From positions 14,508,001-14,572,000 of the forward strand of contig NC_043024.1 of the NCBI RefSeq assembly GCF_006345805.1: a DNA stretch of 64,000 bases. The letters are read 5' to 3'. The position numbers and the translations under genes were made by a program. Positions 55,716-62,319 of the stretch are shown in pieces (within the stretch, counting starts at the first letter, position 1; each line of letters starts with the position of its first letter). The DNA is from Octopus sinensis (Eukaryota). The notes beneath the pieces were generated by a model. That model was not told the DNA's origin. It made no database searches and saw nothing but the letters and a program-made list of their open reading frames with translations.

Positions 55716-57167
55716 AGTTTGTATATATACCCAATAAGGTTCGAAAATCGATTAAAGTTGTGCATCATTTTTTTGGTATAGGCGCAGGAGTGGCTGTGTG
55801 GTAAGTAGCTTGCTTACAAACCACATGGTTCCAGGTTCAGTCCCACTGCATGGCACCTTGGGCAAGTGTCTTCTACTATAGCCTCGGGCCACCCAAAGCC
55901 TTGTGAGTGGATTTGGTAGATGGATACTGAAAGAAACCCATTGTATATATGTATACATCTATATGTGTATGTGTGTGTGTGTGTGTGTATAAATGTAGCA
56001 GTAATTTTATTCAGCTGAATACACATCATTGATTGGTTGAAATTACTGAAATAGGACTACTTTAACGTGAAATTACTTCGTAAATATAAGTTTTTCTCAA
56101 AAATGCTAAGAATAAAAGATGTTTTATATGATACATTCTACCAGTGTCCGAAGTTTGAAAGTGCTTAGTTACAAAAAATTATTTTTTAAATCTGTAGCTC
56201 CAAAGGTAAAGATCCCATTTTTACTATACACAGTTCTGATGGTTTGATCTGCAAATCTTGAAAAGAATCTCTGAATAAATATGATATTTTGATCACATTT
56301 ATTTAATCAAATCATACATAGAACACATTGAAGAATTGTATTAGTTATTAACAATACAAAAACATCATGTAATGCAAACAAATTGCCATTTTCTTGTAGG
56401 ACCAAGTGTATCTGGCATATCTCTTACTTCACCAGGTAAGTGCAGTTCTGCTGTATGTTTTGTGACTATCATGAAAGTATTACTGAATGTAATTTGTTAT
56501 TCTGTGATAGAATTTTTAGCTCAAGGTGGCGAGCAGGCAGAAACGTTAGCATGCTGGGCAAAATGCTTACGGGTAGTTCATCTGTCTTTACGTTCTGTGT
56601 TCAAATTCTGTGTAGGAGTGGCTGTGTGGTAAGTAGCTTGTTTACCAACCACATGGTTCCGGGTTCAGTCCCACTGCATGGCACCTTGGGCAAGTGTCTT
56701 CTATTATAGCCTCAGGCCGACTATTCAGTTTAATTTAAGAGACCTGCTGTTTTTGTCCTGTTTTTACATGTGAAGGTTTCTAAATAAAGATAAATACCTT
56801 ATAAAGTCATGTTTTTATTTTTGCTTTTGTTTTGGGGGTTTCACTTTAGTGACACCAATTACACATGGTACCAGAAATTTGCTTGGAGTTGCCAATATGG
56901 AAAAAGTGTTTTTTAAGTTTTTGAAAATTTTAAATAAAAAGGCATGTTTTTTAAAACTGTCTGTCACAGAGATGTGAAAAATGGCTTCTACCTGTTAATT
57001 TCAAATTTAACTTACCAAAGCTGAGGGTCTTTCAGCACTCCCCAAGTCTCTTAATGCACCCCCACTAGCACCCCTTTGCTCCAAAACACCCCCATCGAGC
57101 TCCAAATGATCCCTTTTGAGAACCTTTGTTTTAGACCACACTGACATATATTCTCTCTGTCTCTCTG

Positions 57168-57199
<32 letters not shown>

Positions 57200-60100
57200 A
57201 TATTCATTTGTAAGTGATTGATAAAAACATATGATACTTTCCCATTAATAAGTTTCTGGCACATATATTTAGATATTTATCATCAAAACAATTATTATTT
57301 CTTTATTGCCCACAAGGAGCTAAGCACAGAGGGTACAAACAACGACAGACAAAGGGATTAAGTCAATTACATCGACCCCAGTGCGTAACTGGTACTTAAT
57401 TTATCAACCCCGAAAGGATGAAAGGCAAAGTCGACTTCGGCAGAATTTGAACTCAGGGCGTAACGGCAGACGAAATACCTATTTCTTTATTACCGACAAG
57501 GGGCTAAACACAGAGAGGACAACCAAGGACAGACATAGGTATTAAGTCGATTACATCGACCCCAGTGCGTAACTAGTACTTAATTTATCGACCCCGAAAG
57601 GATGAAAGGCAAAGTCGACTTTGGCAGAATTTGAACTCAGAACGTAATGGCAGACAAAATACCGCTAAGCATTTCGCCCGGCGTGCTAACGTTTCTGCCA
57701 GCTCGCCACCTTAGCCACTGTTTTAACCATATTGTGCCTAGATGTACTACACTTTTTTTTAGGGATAACACCCTTTTCTTCAACATAATACGCAGCATTC
57801 ACCTCTGTCATCAAAGCAATTATTTCTGCTTAGTTCATCTTTATGATGCACAGTTCTGATGGTTTAGCCTGCAAATCTTGAGAAAAATCTCTAAATAAAC
57901 ATGGCATATTCTTTTTGCAAACAACTGTTATTTATTTGATCAAATCCTGCAGGTAACATTTAAAGAATTGTATTAGTTATTAACAATCCAAAAATAACAT
58001 ATAATGCAAACAAATTGCTATTTTCTTGCAGGACCAAGTGTATCTGGCATATCTCTCACTCCATCAGGTAAGTACACTTCTACTGTATGTTTAGTGATTA
58101 TTATAAAAGTGTTACTGAATGCAATTTGTGATTCTGTGATAGAATTTTTAGCTTATCATAAAGCGGTTTGAAATAATTATCAATAGATGTCTTGCAAACA
58201 ACTTGCACATGCAAGTGCTACCAGCCAAGAACTCTGCATACCGGAAGCCAGGTAGTGTATGGGGTCATCAGGAGAGAATGCTCACCATTTTGGGGCCTAC
58301 ATCTCGACGGCATCAATGTGCACCAGCCTCCTCACTGATATGAGGCTCTGCTTGCTAGATCAACTGGTTATCAAATAAAGCTCAATATTCTTCTGCCCAT
58401 TGCTCATCGTCTCTTTTTAACCAAATCCAGTGGCTAGCCTTCTCCACCGTAGTTTGGATATTGGTCACGGTGGGATTGACTTTACAATGAGTTAGGCCTA
58501 ACGATAACAACAGTCGTCTCACACTGTGTCCAACGAACCCTCTACATCCAACTTCGAAACATCAGAAACATTCAGCCTGGCTGGGTTCACTTGTGGTAAA
58601 ATGCTTACATATGGAGTTGGAACTGTTGTGGTGATAGACAGGAACATTGCAAAGCCAGCAGATCATACAATATTCATTTCTTTCAAGCTTTCACATGTCC
58701 TCTGCAATCACAACCCATGTTTCGTGACAGAGGAAATGTGAAAGCGTGACAGAAATGAATCTAGAATGCTCCACAAGATGAGCAATGTCAATTTGCATGT
58801 ATGACTGAATCTAAGCATCTTGAAAGAAAAACCAGGCATAATAAACATCAGATGTGGTGCACATGAGAGGCATCTGTGCTGGTATGGTCATGTATGTATG
58901 TATGTATACATTTCTGTACGCCACAAGGCTTTGGCTGGCCCAAGGCTGTAGTAAAAGACACTTGCCCAACGTAACCTGTCACACAGTAGGACTCAGTGCG
59001 TGAACCATGTGGTTGCTTAAACATTATAATTCTAAGAAAACTTTAAATATTCATTTCAAATATTGGCTTTATATATAACGGGAAGGTTTATGAAAATAAA
59101 CAAAAGACGAAGGCAGGTGGAGTAGAAGCAAACTAATGTATTAGTATGGCGCTCAGGAATAGAAATGGAACAAGTTTTTACATTTTGAGCGTACGCTCTT
59201 CGACAGAAAGATACACAGAAAAAACAAGGAGAGAAAAAATGCGTGTAGGAGCTAACGATCTATCATGGCGTCCTGACCAAGTGGTTGAGCACTCCACAGA
59301 CACATGTACCCTTATATATATATATGTGTGGAGGCGCAATGGACCAGTGGTTAGGGCAGTGGACTTGTGGTCGTAGGATCGCGGTTTCAATTCCCAGACC
59401 GGGCATTGTGAGTGTTTATTAAGCAAAAACACCTAAAGCTGCACGAGGCTCCAGCTGGGGATGGTGGTGAACCCTGCTGTACTCTTTCACCACAACTTTC
59501 TCTCACTCTTTCTTCCTGTTTCTGTTGTACCTGTATTTCAAAGGGCCAGCCTTATCACACTCTGTGTTATGCCGAATCTCCCCAAGAACTACGTTAAGGG
59601 TACATGTGTCTGTGGAGTGCTCAGCCACTTGCACATTAATAAATGAGTTGCGACGTCACAGGTGCCAAGCTGTATCAGCCTATTCCTTTCCCTTTGATAA
59701 CACTGCTTGCGTAGAGAGGGGAGGCTGGTATGCATGGGCGACTGCTGGTCTTCCATAAACAACCTTGCCCAGACTTATGCCTCAGAGGGTATCTTTCAAA
59801 TATTCATGACCGAATGGTGTCACATATATATCATCAAAATAAGCAACAAGAATAACATCGGTAATTTGGTATGATCGTTTCGCACTACATCATTTTATTA
59901 AATGTTGTAAGTATTACAACAGTTTTAAAATGCTGAGCACTCATCAACCATTAATAGAGGTTTTCCATTAATACATAATTTTCATATCAATTGATAACAT
60001 TATAGAGAAGGTAGATATATAGACAAAGATGTGGATTTAAATTTTAAGAACATTTAAGGTAGTGGAGTTTATCAACTGACTGGATAATATTCAGTTGCTA

Positions 60101-62282
60101 TGAACTGCTAGAAGATTCTGAGAAGAATGGACAATTGAAAGGAGACAAAAAAGATTTTCTATTTATAGAAATAGGGGTGAAATAGATGTCAAAGTTCCAT
60201 ATAAAAAATTTAGGTACATGTCACATTATTTTAATCAAAGTTTTTCAAAGAATGCATCTGTACATAATTAGTTAGTGAAAATTTATGTAATTTATTAACT
60301 GTGTAAAATTGTATAATACAAATAAATTATTTCTCTTTTGCAGCTGCAAGCACAGGTACTCCAACAGTCTCTTCAGCAGGTTTGTATATTTGATACTAAA
60401 CCATATGTTTAGTCAATATAATGAAAGTACTTACTAGGTGTCTAAGTTTACCTTGTCTGTCACAGAATATAACTTATCAGTTTTGAATTAGTTTTAGTTA
60501 GGTTCATACAATCTAAAAGAAACAAAAAGAAAATTCAAAAGTAACATTTGAACTTTACTTGTTGGTGTTGGCTGTAAATGTTCACCTCTTGTAGAACCAA
60601 GACTGAGGAAATTTTAGTTGGTGTTACTGAAAACTATATTCTCCAAAACGACCAGATCCAAGAAACAACTGACACTACCTTAGTCTCGTTGGCTCTAGTA
60701 GAACATGTGACAAATGGCTGAACACTGAAATATCACCAACTGAATTAAAGATTACTTATATAAATATGAAGAGTCAACTTAGAGCTGAACAGCAGGTCGG
60801 GATCTTAGATAATCTGAATTCAATATTCAATAGTGCCGGTGGCACGTAAAAAGCACCATCCGATCGTGGCCTTTTGCCAGCCTCGTCTGGCACCTGTGCA
60901 GGTGGCACATAAAAAGCACCCATTACACTCTCGGAGTGGTTGGCGTTAGGAAGGGCATCTAGCTGTAGAAACGCTGCCAGATGTACTACACTTTTTTTTA
61001 GGGATAACACCCTTTTCTTCAAAATAATACGCAGCATTCACCTCTGTCATCAAAGCAATTATTTCTGCTTAGTTCATCTTTATGATGCACAGTTCTGATG
61101 GTTTAGCCTGCAAATCTTGAGAAAAATCTCTAAATAAACATGGCATATTCTTTTTGCAAACAACTGTTATTTATTTGATCAAATCCTGCAGGTAACATTT
61201 AAAGAATTGTATTAGTTATTAACAATCCAAAAATAACATATAATGCAAACAAATTGCTATTTTCTTGCAGGACCAAGTGTATCTGGCATATCTCTCACTC
61301 CATCAGGTAAGTACACTTCTACTGTATGTTTAGTGATTATTATAAAGTGTTACTGAATGCAATTTGTGATTCTGTGATAGAATTTATAGCTTATCATAAA
61401 GCGGTTTGAAATAATTATCAATAGATGTCTTGCAAACAACTTGCACATGCAAGTGCTACCAGCCAAGAACTCTGCATACTGGAAGCCAGGTAGTGTATGG
61501 GGTCATCAGGAGAGAATGCTCACCGTTTCGAGGCCTACCTCTCGACAGCATCAATGTGCACCAGCCACCTCACTGATATGAGGCTCTGCTTGCTAGATCA
61601 GCTGTTTATCAAATAAAGCTCAATATTCTTCTAGCCATCACTCATCGTCTCTTTTTAACCAAATTCAGTGGCTAGCCTTCTCCACTGTAGTTTGGATATT
61701 GGTCACGGTGGGATTGACTTTACGATGAGTTAGGCCTAACGATAACAACAGTCGTCTCACACTGTGTCCAACGAACCCTCTACATCCAACTTCGAAACAT
61801 CAGAACATTCAGCCTGGCTGGGTTCACTTGTGGTAAAATGCTACATATGGAGTTGGAACTGTTGTGGTGATAGACAGGAACATTGCAAAGCCAGCAGATC
61901 ATACAATATTCATTTCTTTCAAGCTTTCACATGTCCTCTGCAATCACAACCCATGTTTCACGACAGAGGAAATGTGAAAGCGTGAAGAAATGAATCTAGA
62001 TGTTCCACAAGATGAGCAATGTCAATTTGCATGTATGACTGAATCTAAGCATCTTGAGAGAAAAACCAGGCATAATAAACATCAGATGTGGTGCACATGA
62101 GAGGCATCTGTGCTGGTATGGTCATGTATGTATGTATGCATTTCTGTACGCCACAAGGCTTTGGCTGGCCCAAGGCTGTAGTAAAAGACACTTGCCCAAC
62201 GTAACCTGTCACACAGTAGGACTCAGTGTGTGAACCATGTGGTTGCTTAAACATTATAATTCTAAGAAAACTTTAAATATTC

Positions 62283-62319
<37 letters not shown>

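Noticed and set aside
54864-55781. 305-aa ORF (longest in the track) and overlapping Y/I/M/C/V ORFs
   Set aside because: Translation of a TA/TATG microsatellite; no protein-like composition
58200-58870. GC-richer segment with short ORFs (58526-58741 and duplicate 61764-61985), possibly an old LINE or gene fragment
   Set aside because: No recognisable motif in any frame by eye; frames differ between the two duplicates; BLASTx would be needed
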